Position numbers and translations under genes: made by a program. Source: Candidatus Bathyarchaeota archaeon (lineage in GTDB: Archaea; Thermoproteota; Bathyarchaeia; Bathyarchaeales; Bathycorpusculaceae). From it: a DNA stretch of 64,000 nt. The stretch covers positions 608,001 through 672,000 of the forward strand of contig OY970280.1 in NCBI GenBank assembly GCA_963715865.1, given 5' to 3'. Shown one piece after another: positions 29,318 to 39,872 of the stretch (within the stretch, counting starts at the first letter, position 1; each line of letters opens with the position of its first letter). The notes under the pieces are model-generated. The model was given only the letters and a program-made list of their open reading frames with translations. It was not told the DNA's origin and ran no database searches.

Positions 29318-30610
29318 CTATTTCGTCTCTTTACTATAGATGATTACGTTTTCAGAGAGTTTATTCCACGTTTCTTCGGCCAACGCCCAGAACAGGGTGA
29401 CAATGCCCTGTTCAAGAGACCAAATAGCTTCACGTGGAATCTGAATTAAAGGACTAGACGAAAACATGCATTCCGACTCAGTTACAACGAAACTTACAGG
29501 TCTATCTTTGAGCACCCGTAGACTAACTCTTCCGCTAAAATTTTGCACGACTTCATTGTTCCTTTGATCGACTACCGTTACCCATCTTATCGAAACACTT
29601 CTTTTTCTCAAGTCTTCAAGTAACGGAATCATCAACTCAATACTCTCATTATTTACATAAGAAACTATAAACAACTTTGATTTGGCAGCAGAAGCAACTT
29701 CGATCAGTTTTGCCTTCACCTTTTCCTCTCCCTGAATGACGGAAAAGCTTTCCACTATTCGTCCGCTTCTTATTGCGTCTATCCCTATGACCGCAGGCAC
29801 AGAAATGTTCCAGACTTTCTCAAAAAAATCCCTCATTAGGTTTATGTGGCTGGAATCATTGGTCCATAGTTCGTGCATTAGTTCACTGCCGACAGAGTTT
29901 TCAACTGGATATATTGCTGAGCCGATGATTAGCTCTTTGTGATCAACAATCGTTGCCACGGAGGTGACTCCGAGAGAGTGCTTTATCTCGCAAAACTTGC
30001 TCAGTTTTTCCACCTTATCAACGTTTGTTTCATCGATCTCCGTGACTATTCGCACTTTCACATTTCTTTTGGTACAGTTGTTAAGCAATCTATCCCTATC
30101 AACTGCTATGCCACGTTTAATCTCGGCCTTAGGAGCTATCCAAAGAACCTCATTTGTGGCTTTTTGCAACATTTCCCTGATTCTCTCGTTGATTAAATTT
30201 TGACCGGAAATTAACATGAATCGAATTGGCTCTGGTCTGACTAAGCCAGCTGACCTGTCTTCTACTTCTTTCAACTCATCCTCTAACTCCGTCTTCTTTC
30301 GCCGGAGATCGGAAAGGTGCCTCTCGAGAGTTTCTTTTTGAAGTCCGATAAGCTGTTTCAAAACATCGTGGGGACTAATCGCAAGATATTTGGTGGGTTT
30401 ATCAATGATTACTTCGACGAGGCCTATTTTTTCAACCCGTGGCAAGACTCTGTAGACTTCTTGTCTAGGAATATTGGCTAGTTTTGCAATTTCGGCCGCA
30501 CTTGCCTTACTGAGTTGAAGAAGTGATAGATACACCTTGGCTTCGTTTCCAGTTAAACCAAAAGAGGTTAATTCGTTGAGTAGCTTATCAGAAATCGGCT
30601 TAATTGTCAT
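29318..30610 (-). CDS. TrmB-family transcription regulator with duplicated effector domain
   Basis: FGLT.NEAKVY..LL, IA....IPR.EVYR.L..VE..GLVE. Confidence 0.85.
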   Translation of the reverse strand: MTIKPISDKLLNELTSFGLTGNEAKVYLSLLQLSKASAAEIAKLANIPRQEVYRVLPRVEKIGLVEVIIDKPTKYLAISPHDVLKQLIGLQKETLERHLSDLRRKKTELEDELKEVEDRSAGLVRPEPIRFMLISGQNLINERIREMLQKATNEVLWIAPKAEIKRGIAVDRDRLLNNCTKRNVKVRIVTEIDETNVDKVEKLSKFCEIKHSLGVTSVATIVDHKELIIGSAIYPVENSVGSELMHELWTNDSSHINLMRDFFEKVWNISVPAVIGIDAIRSGRIVESFSVIQGEEKVKAKLIEVASAAKSKLFIVSYVNNESIELMIPLLEDLRKRSVSIRWVTVVDQRNNEVVQNFSGRVSLRVLKDRPVSFVVTESECMFSSSPLIQIPREAIWSLEQGIVTLFWALAEETWNKLSENVIIYSKETK

Positions 30611-30783
30611 TCTGTCACCTTACCACAGGACTAAAGATTGTCAATGTTACTTTTAAAAATATGGCATGTGCAAAAATCATTCTTAATGGGGCAACTGATA
30701 TCTTGCCAAAAATACTCGTTGTAGTTAGGGAGGGCAACTTTGGAAAAAAACACAAGGTCACTTCAAATACTGTAAGGCGACAA

Positions 30784-30814
30784 TCTGACTGTCATGCGTT
30801 AAAAGGAGAGAAAA
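30784..30814 (+). promoter_or_regulatory. TGACTGTCA operator plus TATA-like box, copy 1
   Basis: TCTGACTGTCA-TGCG-TTAAAA-GGAGAGAAAA upstream of 30859. Confidence 0.55.
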
Positions 30815-30858
30815 GCGTTCTCGTTCCTTTAATTGACTGTGTATGAAAAGGTGATGTA

Positions 30859-31272
30859 ATGTTAATGCAAAAAGATCATGCTGTTTCATCGAAATCGCCG
30901 GTTGAGAATGATGATAAAATGGGGAAGGTTCTTGATAAAAATTTGGCTGATTTCTTGAAAGACCAAAAAATCAGGATGAACCTGCGAAAAATTTCCGATT
31001 CAGAGTTCTGGCTGGTAGATCCTTACGGCTTTCTAACTGCCAGATTCTTAGTGGACGAGGCCGCTCTCGAGGTAACATATGACGTTTTTTCTCCAAAATA
31101 TGATTTACATTTAAGGGAGTCAAGCCTCAAAGACGTTGAACAGTTGGAGAGGATTCTTGAAGAAAAAGGAAAGTGGAACTACGCAAAGTCGATTGAGGAT
31201 CTGTGGCTTGTCCTGGATTATGTTAGGATATGGACTCAAAAAAGGGGATACAGCATTAAGGAAAAACGCTAA
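30859..31272 (+). CDS. Hypothetical protein
   Basis: 137-aa ORF preceded by GGTGA ribosome-binding site. Confidence 0.6.
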   Translation: MLMQKDHAVSSKSPVENDDKMGKVLDKNLADFLKDQKIRMNLRKISDSEFWLVDPYGFLTARFLVDEAALEVTYDVFSPKYDLHLRESSLKDVEQLERILEEKGKWNYAKSIEDLWLVLDYVRIWTQKRGYSIKEKR

Positions 31273-31449
31273 GTATAGCAGCGCCATTCTTGCGAGCGCA
31301 AAACTAAAGTTAATAGTTTCAAAGGCGCATTATTTTGTCATTCTCCCTGACTAAATGAAGTCAGGAGTTTTCTTGCAGATTTTTCTATAAGGATTTACGA
31401 CATCTGTTAATTCAACAAGGCAAATCGTTCAAGAATTGTAAGATTACAG

Positions 31450-31480
31450 TCTGACTGTCACATCTTAAAGAGAGAGAAAA
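31450..31480 (+). promoter_or_regulatory. TGACTGTCA operator plus TATA-like box, copy 2
   Basis: TCTGACTGTCA-CATC-TTAAAG-AGAGAGAAAA upstream of 31505. Confidence 0.55.
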
Positions 31481-31504
31481 TTAATTCTGCTTTGAGCGAA
31501 TTGT

Positions 31505-31780
31505 GTGAAGAAAATGCTCATAGCAATGCAAGAAGAACAGGACGGCAAGCCAAAACTGATGACCAGTTCAAAACCGGTGCTAGGCTACAAGTTGCAGTAT
31601 CTGAATGCGAACCATTCACAAATTATCCATAGTGTTGAGGTTAAAAGGCTCTACGTTCAAGACATATTGCAACACCTTCAGCGAGGAGAATCTGTACTGA
31701 TCACACCAAAGCTTCAAGAAACCTTACAGGCCAGAACAAAAGACTTGACCCAGTTACCTTGGTACTTTACCCATCTCTGA
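31505..31780 (+). CDS. Small hypothetical protein
   Basis: 91-aa ORF behind the copy-2 promoter. Confidence 0.55.
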   Translation: MKKMLIAMQEEQDGKPKLMTSSKPVLGYKLQYLNANHSQIIHSVEVKRLYVQDILQHLQRGESVLITPKLQETLQARTKDLTQLPWYFTHL

Positions 31781-31836
31781 AAGAAAACAAATATGTACAC
31801 GATAAAAATGAAGTTGAATACAGAGGGAGAAGTTTA

Positions 31837-31977
31837 ATGTCTACTAAAAAAGTAGTTCGTAAGACAGCAAACAGAGGATCAGCCTCGCAAATTCTGAGAT
31901 CCGTTTCCACGAACAAAGCATTCCGTTTCTTTACGCGCGCGCGAACCTCACTGTGCGAGAATATTCGAGAAGGATAA
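31837..31977 (+). pseudogene. Truncated DUF5752-like protein
   Basis: ASQILRSV...KAFRFFT resembles the DUF5752 N-terminus, then early stop. Confidence 0.4.
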
Positions 31978-31983
31978 GAACAA

Positions 31984-33795
31984 GTGAAGTCACCCAGTGC
32001 TTCTCGCGAGTTTGGTTATCTTAGAAAATGGGTTCCAATCGCTATTTTGATAGGTACGATCTGCGGATTAGGAAGTATTGTTTTCTATGAAGCAATTAGA
32101 CTTGTAAGCACGGTTCTGCTCGGCGATGTTGCTGGTTTTTTTGCGCCTTCACCAGTCGGAGAAGGCGGAAGCTTGGGATTACTCTCATCCCGTCTTTACT
32201 TGATTCCGTTGGTAACTACTGTTGGAGGACTTTGCAGTGGTATACTCGTCTATGGCTTGGCGCCAGAAGCCGAGGGCCATGGAACTGACGCAGCAATAGA
32301 TGCTTTTCACAATAAAAAGGGTGAGATTCGATCCAGAATACCTTTGGTTAAGCTTGTGGCCTCAGCATTAACGATCGGCTCTGGAGGAAGTGCAGGCAGA
32401 GAGGGTCCGACAGCGCAGATAGGGGCAGGCTTCGGTTCCTTCCTGGGCAGAAGACTTCATCTCAGTTTACACGACAGAAGAATCGCAGTTGCGGTCGGTA
32501 TAGGTTCAGGAATTGGCTCTATCTTCAAGGCGCCGTTTGGAGGGGCCATACTGAGCGCTGAGATTCTTTACATGGGAGACTTTGAGGTGGAAACGTTGCT
32601 GCCAGCTTTCATAGCTTCAACTGTGGGATATAGTATTTTCGCGTCATATGCTGGGTGGACGCCTATATTTGGCTACATGAATCTAGGTGCTTTCAATGAC
32701 CCACTTGATCTGCCCTTTTACGTTGTTTTGGGTATAGTCTGCGGTTTAGTGGGCATTGTGTACGTCAAAGGGTTCTACGGCACACGGGCTTTTTTTCAGC
32801 GTCTAGGAATGCCACGTTTCTTGAAGCCGGCTCTGGGAGGATTTTTAGTGGGTATTATTGGAATGTTTCTACCGCAAGTGCTCGGCATGGGGTATGGCTG
32901 GCTTCAGATAGCGATGACGGGCAACTTTGTCTTACTCCCCATAATTTTGATTCCAATAATCATCGTAGCCAAAATAGTTGCCACTTCTCTTACTGTAGGA
33001 TCAGGAGGAAGCGGAGGAGTCTTCGCACCAGCTCTGGTGATAGGCGGCTTGCTAGGAGCAGCACTCTGGATATTTCTAGATGGGCTTTTGCCAAATTTCG
33101 GTCCTGTCATTGCCGCATTTGTTATCGTGGGGATGATGGCATTTTTCGGAGGCGTAGGCAAAGTGCCTATTGCCGTCATACTTATGGTTAGTGAAATGAC
33201 TGGAGGGTTTGCTCTGCTGGTTCCCTCAATGGTAGCCACTGCCATTGCATATGTGATCACAGGAAAGTATACGATCTATAGAAGCCAGGTTCAATCAAGG
33301 GCTGATTCGCCAGCCCACAGAAGTGAATATTCCGTTCCTCTGCTGCAGAAGCTCTTCGTCAAAGACGCAATGACCAAAAAGGTCATCACAACTACTCCCA
33401 ACTCACCACTTTCAGAGGTCGCTGAGATAATGGCAAAGAACGGAATAAAAGGTATACCGGTCTTGGATGACAACGGCAGACTTGTGGGTATGGTCACACT
33501 TACAGATGTTCTTCAGCTCCATCCAGACCATAGAGCTACGACCATGGTAAGCTCCGTAATGACGAAAGAGCTGGTGACAACGATTCCTGATGAAAGTCTT
33601 TATACAGCTTTTGACAAGATGACGAGTAACCAAATCGGACGCCTGCCAGTTGTTGAGCCAGAGGACAGCACGAAGCTGATAGGCATAATCACTCGAGAAG
33701 ACATCTGGCGAGTCTACAACATAGAGATAAGGTCAAAACTGGAAGAGGTTAAACTTTCAGGAAGCGTCGAAGAGAACAGCGAGTCAAACTTCTGA
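31984..33795 (+). CDS. ClC chloride channel/antiporter with CBS pair
   Basis: GHGTD, GSAGREGP, GGVFAP, two CBS domains. Confidence 0.92.
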   Translation: MKSPSASREFGYLRKWVPIAILIGTICGLGSIVFYEAIRLVSTVLLGDVAGFFAPSPVGEGGSLGLLSSRLYLIPLVTTVGGLCSGILVYGLAPEAEGHGTDAAIDAFHNKKGEIRSRIPLVKLVASALTIGSGGSAGREGPTAQIGAGFGSFLGRRLHLSLHDRRIAVAVGIGSGIGSIFKAPFGGAILSAEILYMGDFEVETLLPAFIASTVGYSIFASYAGWTPIFGYMNLGAFNDPLDLPFYVVLGIVCGLVGIVYVKGFYGTRAFFQRLGMPRFLKPALGGFLVGIIGMFLPQVLGMGYGWLQIAMTGNFVLLPIILIPIIIVAKIVATSLTVGSGGSGGVFAPALVIGGLLGAALWIFLDGLLPNFGPVIAAFVIVGMMAFFGGVGKVPIAVILMVSEMTGGFALLVPSMVATAIAYVITGKYTIYRSQVQSRADSPAHRSEYSVPLLQKLFVKDAMTKKVITTTPNSPLSEVAEIMAKNGIKGIPVLDDNGRLVGMVTLTDVLQLHPDHRATTMVSSVMTKELVTTIPDESLYTAFDKMTSNQIGRLPVVEPEDSTKLIGIITREDIWRVYNIEIRSKLEEVKLSGSVEENSESNF

Positions 33796-33888
33796 ACAGA
33801 AAGATGCGCGCAAATGACTGCTTCCAAAATTGTCAATTGTCAAAAATGGTGCTAAATTCTTATTTTGCTCCTTCTACAGACAGACCAT

Positions 33889-36426
33889 TTAGCGGTCTTC
33901 ATTTTTAGGGCTGGAAGGCTTTTTTAATTTTTTGAAAAAGGATAATGTGATATGAGAAAATGTAGATGAAGCAACGTAAGGTTGTTGTCTGTTAGACAAA
34001 GCTTCTTCGTGCCCCATTAATCTGAAGAAGTGAATCTTTAGCTGGTCGGTTATCAGGAAACTAAGCAATGCATAACCCCATACAAAGGCGGCGAATCCCC
34101 ACCCAATCGGATTCATAAATACACCGTAGACAGCAAACAACGTACCAATAACTTGAGTCACCTCAGTGGTTACAAAGAGAATGCTGGCTGGAAGTGGACG
34201 TTTCCAGAAGTGATTCACTCCCGTGCGCGCAAGATAAATCGTGAGGTGCCCAGCAACGGCCATTTTAAGGAAAATCAGCGTCTGCAGCGTGCTAAAGCTT
34301 AAATGGAACACGTTTAACCCAATTATGAAGAGCCCGAAGCTAGAGACAACGCCCGTTGCTCCAAGCAGAGAAGCCACGATCAATACTCCACGCATGTTCC
34401 AGCGAACGGGTTTCTCTTGCACCCTCACGTTATCGTATGCAATTGTCATGATAGGCATGTCATTAAGCAAAGCAAGAATGACTATCATAACTGCCGTCAA
34501 GGGATAGAAGTTGAAGGCAAGAATTGCAAGCGACAAGAAAATTAACACTCTAGTAGTCTCGGCGATGCGGTAGACGGCGTAATTGGTCATGCGTTCGAAA
34601 ATCTTGCGGCTCTCTTTTATCGCGTCGATGATGACAGAAAGCCCCGGCTTCGTTAGCACCACGTCTGCTGCGGATTTAGCCGCGTCAGTTGCTCCCGCAA
34701 CAGCAATCCCTGCATCTGCCTTCTTTAAGGCAGGAGCATCGTTAACTCCATCGCCTGTCATGCCGACAATGTGTCCTTTTTCTTGGAGCAACTGAACAAT
34801 GCGGTACTTATGCTCAGGAAAAACTTGGGCGAAACCATCAGCGTTTTCAATAAGGCCTATTGTTTCGCTGTCGAGTTTATCCATGAAAGAAGAAGCTGGT
34901 ATTATGTTTGTGCCCAGATTAACTTCTTGAGCAATCTGCTTAGCTATAGCAATATGGTCGCCAGTGACCATCTTGACGTTTATGCCCATCTTCTGGGCTG
35001 TTTTTATTGTCTCAGCAGAGTCTTCGCGGGGTGGGTCGTAAATTGCAAGAAGACCAACAAATTGCCAGTTGCCCTCTTCGTCTCCCTTAATTACTCCTAG
35101 TGCTCGATGCCCTTTGCTTGCAAAAGTGCTTACAATTTCGTTAACTCTATCTTCGATTTCTGTCTTGTTGGAAACAAGAGACAAAACAACTTGCGGTGCA
35201 CCCTTGGACACTTTGAAGCGCCCACCATCACGGCTCTCCACCGTGGCTTCAGTCCTCTTCGAAACAGGGTCAAAGGGCTTAAAATCAACCACGCTGTATC
35301 GACCAAGAACATCGGCAAGTGCACTGACCGACCTGGCTTTGGCGATGACGGCATCATCAATGGGATCATGATTTTCTTCCCTGGAAGCCAATGTTCCATA
35401 CAAGAGAGCGTCGTCAATTTCGAATTTGCCCAAGGCTTGCGCTTCTGCAATAGTAAGTTCATTCTTCGTTATCGTGCCTGTCTTGTCCGAGCATAATACA
35501 TCAACTCCAGCCATTTCTTCAATTGAAACCAGCTTGCTCACGATAGCTTCTTTTTTGGCGAGGACGATTGCCCCAACAGCCATAGTGACTGTCAAAACGG
35601 CTGGCAACGCTACAGGTATTGAAGCTACAACCAAAACCAGCGCAAACTGCAGAATAGCTAATGGGTTGGCATGTCGAAGGAGAGCTGCAATGACAACGGC
35701 AGAAACCATTATTGCCGCGAGGATGATCAAGTAGTTTCCTATTCTTATGACTGCTTTTTGGAAGTGGCTTACTGTTCTGGCTTCCGCCACCAGTTTGGCG
35801 GTTTTGCCAAAGAAACTGCTTATTCCTGTTGCCACGACATAAGCGTCCATTTCACCTTGCCTGACGATAGCTCCTGCATAAGCAACATCGGAAACGTGTT
35901 TCTCTACGGGCAGGGATTCACCGGTTAACGCGGATTCGTCCGCGAGCAAGTAGGCGCCTTTCATAAGTTTAACATCAGCAGGAATAATGTCGCCCAAGCG
36001 GACTCGTACGATGTCTCCCGGAACGAGTTCCTTTGAGGGTATCTCATGCCATGTCCCGTCTCTTAGCACTCGGGCTTTAGGGGCAAGTCGCTTTTTTAAC
36101 AATTCTATGGCGTTGTCTGCTTTCCGTTCTTGCCAAAATCCTACTACTGCGTTCACAAATAGCAACGTGAAAATAATCGCAAAATCATCATAGTGCTGTA
36201 TGATTATAGATAGCACTGAGGCAATTTCTATCATCCAGGGAATAGGTCCCCAGAAATAGCCCATAAACTTGCGAAAAGGACTAACTTTCTTTTCAGGAAT
36301 TTCGTTAGTACCATACTGTTGAAGCTTTTTCGCTACTTCTTCTGAAGATAGTCCAGTCTTAACGTATATTGAAAATGGAGTTTCTTCTTCAGACGGGTTT
36401 TTTGACTGTTCGGATTCCACTAACAA
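33889..36426 (-). CDS. P3A-type plasma-membrane H+-exporting P-type ATPase
   Basis: LTGES, IPVALP, CSDKTGT, KGAP, GDGVNDAPALK, LLND..IMTIAYD. Confidence 0.92.
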   Translation of the reverse strand: MLVESEQSKNPSEEETPFSIYVKTGLSSEEVAKKLQQYGTNEIPEKKVSPFRKFMGYFWGPIPWMIEIASVLSIIIQHYDDFAIIFTLLFVNAVVGFWQERKADNAIELLKKRLAPKARVLRDGTWHEIPSKELVPGDIVRVRLGDIIPADVKLMKGAYLLADESALTGESLPVEKHVSDVAYAGAIVRQGEMDAYVVATGISSFFGKTAKLVAEARTVSHFQKAVIRIGNYLIILAAIMVSAVVIAALLRHANPLAILQFALVLVVASIPVALPAVLTVTMAVGAIVLAKKEAIVSKLVSIEEMAGVDVLCSDKTGTITKNELTIAEAQALGKFEIDDALLYGTLASREENHDPIDDAVIAKARSVSALADVLGRYSVVDFKPFDPVSKRTEATVESRDGGRFKVSKGAPQVVLSLVSNKTEIEDRVNEIVSTFASKGHRALGVIKGDEEGNWQFVGLLAIYDPPREDSAETIKTAQKMGINVKMVTGDHIAIAKQIAQEVNLGTNIIPASSFMDKLDSETIGLIENADGFAQVFPEHKYRIVQLLQEKGHIVGMTGDGVNDAPALKKADAGIAVAGATDAAKSAADVVLTKPGLSVIIDAIKESRKIFERMTNYAVYRIAETTRVLIFLSLAILAFNFYPLTAVMIVILALLNDMPIMTIAYDNVRVQEKPVRWNMRGVLIVASLLGATGVVSSFGLFIIGLNVFHLSFSTLQTLIFLKMAVAGHLTIYLARTGVNHFWKRPLPASILFVTTEVTQVIGTLFAVYGVFMNPIGWGFAAFVWGYALLSFLITDQLKIHFFRLMGHEEALSNRQQPYVASSTFSHITLSFFKKLKKPSSPKNEDR

Positions 36427-36533
36427 GCCTTCTGTTGTACTAGGCGAATAGATTTTCTATTAACAGAATAGCCAAAGTTCATAACACCGCCGCTTTTTAA
36501 TGTTTCCAAACTATTGAGGAAAAGCCTTCAACC

Positions 36534-36767
36534 TTAGGGTATGTCCGACGATTTTCCTCTTACACAGTAGTATTCTAGTTTCAATCCGTATTTGGAGGCT
36601 ACAGGACAAAAACTACACAAGCAACCTGATTCGAGAACTGTTTCTTCGGATTTTCCCCTAGAACAGTAAAGGGCGCTGCTCAAAGGCGAGTTTTTATAGC
36701 TTGGGCACTCAGGGCAAGCGCACATCTTCAAGTTTTCACTGTTTTCCTCTACAGTATTTCCCATCAA
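36534..36767 (-). CDS. DUF2769 Cys-rich protein
   Basis: CACPECPSY, LYCSRGKS, CLCSFCPV, YYC. Confidence 0.75.
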   Translation of the reverse strand: MMGNTVEENSENLKMCACPECPSYKNSPLSSALYCSRGKSEETVLESGCLCSFCPVASKYGLKLEYYCVRGKSSDIP

Positions 36768-36929
36768 ACATCACTCATGTAATTAAGCCGTTACAAGCAC
36801 TCAGTTTCGACTGGCTCATACCACATAACTCATGCACAACCTAAAAAGCTCTAACACCTTTAAACCTTTTTTCCTGAAAAACTGAATTCAGGAAATATTT
36901 AAATTGAAAAAAAGAGATACATAACAGCT

Positions 36930-37208
36930 ATGCGCCCTTCAGAGTTGAATGGTAAAAAAGTTGTCGGAGCTGGAGCTAAGATAGCGGGAACAGTCTTTGA
37001 CGTTGAAATAGACCCAATAAGCTGGAAGGTGACCAGTTTGCAGATAGAATTATCTGACGAGGCAATCGAGATTCTGGGCTACAAGAAACCATTCATGGGA
37101 CGTGTAGATATTTTACTTTCAATAGAAGCCGTAGCGGTTGTAGCTGACGTAGTAAACCTCAACAAACCAATCACGGAGCTAAAAAAGTTCATCCAGCCAC
37201 CAAAGTGA
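36930..37208 (+). CDS. PRC-barrel protein
   Basis: SEL.GKKVVG..AK.AG.V.DVEID. Confidence 0.8.
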   Translation: MRPSELNGKKVVGAGAKIAGTVFDVEIDPISWKVTSLQIELSDEAIEILGYKKPFMGRVDILLSIEAVAVVADVVNLNKPITELKKFIQPPK

Positions 37209-37255
37209 AATATTTTTTTGTTAGATTTTGCCGGGAAAAAGTTTTTTTGTTTTCC

Positions 37256-38458
37256 CTATTTTTCCTTTCTATTCTTCCTTGAAAGGAAGATAACGCCGAT
37301 TGTTGCTATGACTGCCGTGGACATGATAATTACTACAGCAAAGTTAATGAAAAGAGACGCATAGGACAAGCCATATTGTGCGGGCAAAGTCGCCAGAACG
37401 GCAGCTGCTAAGCCACGTGTAAGCACAAAGGTCAAAATAGGTCTTTCATTTTTGAGTTCACTCCTTAAGGTCGTCAGATATACTGCACCGTACCTAACAA
37501 AGAGTAAAAGAAACGATAGGGCAATTCCAAAAAAGATGAAATTCACATTAGATATGGTTGCGATTATTCCGAGGAACACGAAAAAGAAAGTTCTTATAAA
37601 AAATGCAATTTCCGATTCAAAACGCTTTAATCCATCATCTACCGCCAAGTTAGTTGTTGTTTTTCTCCGGAGGAATTTGAAAATTGCAGTTTCGTTACCT
37701 AACATTAGACCAAAAAGAAGTGCGCTTAGTGCACCGCTGCCTCCGAGGGTCTCTGAAATTGCGTAGGCGAAAAGAGCAATGGCTAATGTCAACATGTAAG
37801 AAAAAGGCAAATAAGAAATTCGCCTCAAGAGAAAGAGTCCCAGGATTCCAAGGGCTGTGCCAATTCCTGCACCAATTAGAAATTTTCCTGCAATTCCGGC
37901 GCCGATTGACATGTAATCAGCCTGGCCTGTCATTATGACTCCGATTAAGGCGAGAGAAACTACAATGCATAGAATGTCCGTTGCTGCCGATTCGAGCACT
38001 AATGTGGTTGAGCCCTTTTCGCTTATTTTGATTTTGGCAGCCAAGGAGATTACCACTATTGAACTGCTTCCTCCATAAATGCTTCCGAAGAGTAGACCGT
38101 AAGAAAGAGGCATGCCAAAAAGTAAAACCATGAAAAGCGCAACCACTAAAACACTGAAAAGGAAACCCAACAGAGCAAGCAACGCTGCCCTTGGGCTGTG
38201 AGAAAGAACCTGTTTAATACCTATGCCCATGCCGCCATCGAATAAGATGAAAACAAGTGCCAATGCTGAAATGTAAGGAGCAAATCCCTGAATTGCACTG
38301 GTGTCAAATATATGCAGTAGTGGCCCGACAATCATTCCTAAGACTATGAGAAACAGCATGTCAGGAATGCCTTTCTTTGCAAAGAGGTAGTTGCCCAAGA
38401 AACCTATCACAATAATAAGAGCGCTCGTGATCAAGGCTAACGAGACAAGGTCTACCAT
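37256..38458 (-). CDS. CPA1 (NhaP-like) cation/proton antiporter
   Basis: LFDGG, LESAATD, FF..TFFFVFLG, RGLAAAVLA. Confidence 0.88.
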   Translation of the reverse strand: MVDLVSLALITSALIIVIGFLGNYLFAKKGIPDMLFLIVLGMIVGPLLHIFDTSAIQGFAPYISALALVFILFDGGMGIGIKQVLSHSPRAALLALLGFLFSVLVVALFMVLLFGMPLSYGLLFGSIYGGSSSIVVISLAAKIKISEKGSTTLVLESAATDILCIVVSLALIGVIMTGQADYMSIGAGIAGKFLIGAGIGTALGILGLFLLRRISYLPFSYMLTLAIALFAYAISETLGGSGALSALLFGLMLGNETAIFKFLRRKTTTNLAVDDGLKRFESEIAFFIRTFFFVFLGIIATISNVNFIFFGIALSFLLLFVRYGAVYLTTLRSELKNERPILTFVLTRGLAAAVLATLPAQYGLSYASLFINFAVVIIMSTAVIATIGVIFLSRKNRKEK

Positions 38459-38819
38459 TTTGAAACACGACGAAATAATTAGTCGGGAATGCTTAAAAGA
38501 TTTCTCAAAAATCCTAGCTGCAAAACGTTGCCCGAATCTTGATGCAAAAGATTATGAAATCATACAAGGCTCTTTGTCGTTTCCCAACATATTGTCCTTT
38601 GAAAACACAGGGTGCCTACGAACTGCGATGTGAGCGGATAGTATCTTTACGTTAAACTTCTTGAAGTTGTTAAGGATGTTATCGATTTTCTATTAGCTCA
38701 TGGATTTCTTTTTTCGCTTTCGCAACCCGGGCTGGAACAAGGGGACACACAATAAAAGAGATCTGGGGTCTGGGTTTGGTTCGATTTGGCAACTTTGGAG
38801 TTTGAGATTCCAAGTCAAA

Positions 38820-39164
38820 CTAGAGTTTCGTTTTTTTCAATTCTTCAGTAATTTGTTGGCACGTTTCGTACACGTCCTCGATTTGAATCGGCGGTCCTTT
38901 AACCTTGGATTGAAACACTCCAGCGGACATCAATATGATTCCAAGACTCTCGCTAATAACTGGCACTGGAACCAAAAAAACGGTTAATCCTAACTTTATT
39001 AGCGGTGAAACAGCTCCTTTGTTTTCTCCTCTCATCAGCTTCTTCGCTCCCTTTGCTTCATTCAGGGACTTGCTCAACAAGCTTACGGTTTCCTGATAGC
39101 TCATCCCCATTTCGCGCAGCACTTTAATCAGAGTGGCAGCATCCTCAATCTTGGGTGGATCCAT
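38820..39164 (-). CDS. Hypothetical protein
   Basis: 114-aa ORF with hydrophobic LIKLGLTVFLVPVP. Confidence 0.5.
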   Translation of the reverse strand: MDPPKIEDAATLIKVLREMGMSYQETVSLLSKSLNEAKGAKKLMRGENKGAVSPLIKLGLTVFLVPVPVISESLGIILMSAGVFQSKVKGPPIQIEDVYETCQQITEELKKTKL

Positions 39165-39659
39165 CAGTTTCTCTCCGCGGAATTCAACCTATCCTTAGTG
39201 TTTGAAGAGATACAAAAACCTTCATTTGCACAACACAGTTTTAAAGCCCCCAAATAAAAGCTCTTTTGTTTCTTTTTTGGCTCGTTTTGTCATTTAATAA
39301 AGAGGCTCTTTTGGGGTAAGCATCGCCAAATATATTTCAATTTAACGTTACGGATTTTCCTCAAAAGTACGAGCTTTTGCCTTTACCTTAATAAAATGGT
39401 GAAAATACCAAGAGAAAAAATTGGGAATTGCGGGTGATATCTCCACTGTGGTGAGGGCTCAAGTCCCACCCCACGCCATGTACAAACCTCGCCTATTTTG
39501 AGAAGGGGTACTTTGCGTTTTCTGAATAGTTTTGCAAGTTTGCAGACAAATTCTTCCTCTTTGAACACAGTGAATTGCGTATAGATCGACAAATAACAAA
39601 GCAATTATCCAGAATATATTAAAGATTAATACTTTAAGACCTTTGATATTGAGTTAAGA

Positions 39660-39872
39660 GTGACGGATATGCCTGCTGCAACTAATTTGACCCCTGATAA
39701 ATTACGCCGAAGAAAGAGAACAATCGGCATAATTGCAATAGCTCTTCTGCTGCTGTTCACTGTTTTGGCTCTCTTAGGAGTTATTTCGTTTATAGTTTGG
39801 ATTTTAGCCGATTTGGCTGTGGCTTTGATAGCCAACGTACTGTTGAGAAGAGTTGGAAGAGGAAACCCCTAA
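39660..39872 (+). CDS. Small two-TM membrane protein
   Basis: RRRKR followed by two hydrophobic helices. Confidence 0.55.
   Translation: MTDMPAATNLTPDKLRRRKRTIGIIAIALLLLFTVLALLGVISFIVWILADLAVALIANVLLRRVGRGNP

Noticed and set aside
34241-36193. Many 60-130 aa ORFs within the P-type ATPase, and similar ones in Lon, exosortase, TrmB and ClC
   Set aside because: Antisense or out-of-frame shadows without motifs or SD sites
39453-39478. tRNA 3'-end-like GAGGGCTCAAGTCCCACCCCACGCCA as a tRNA or att site
   Set aside because: Mismatched T stem, no D or anticodon arm, and no matching tRNA in the window; at most a decayed scar
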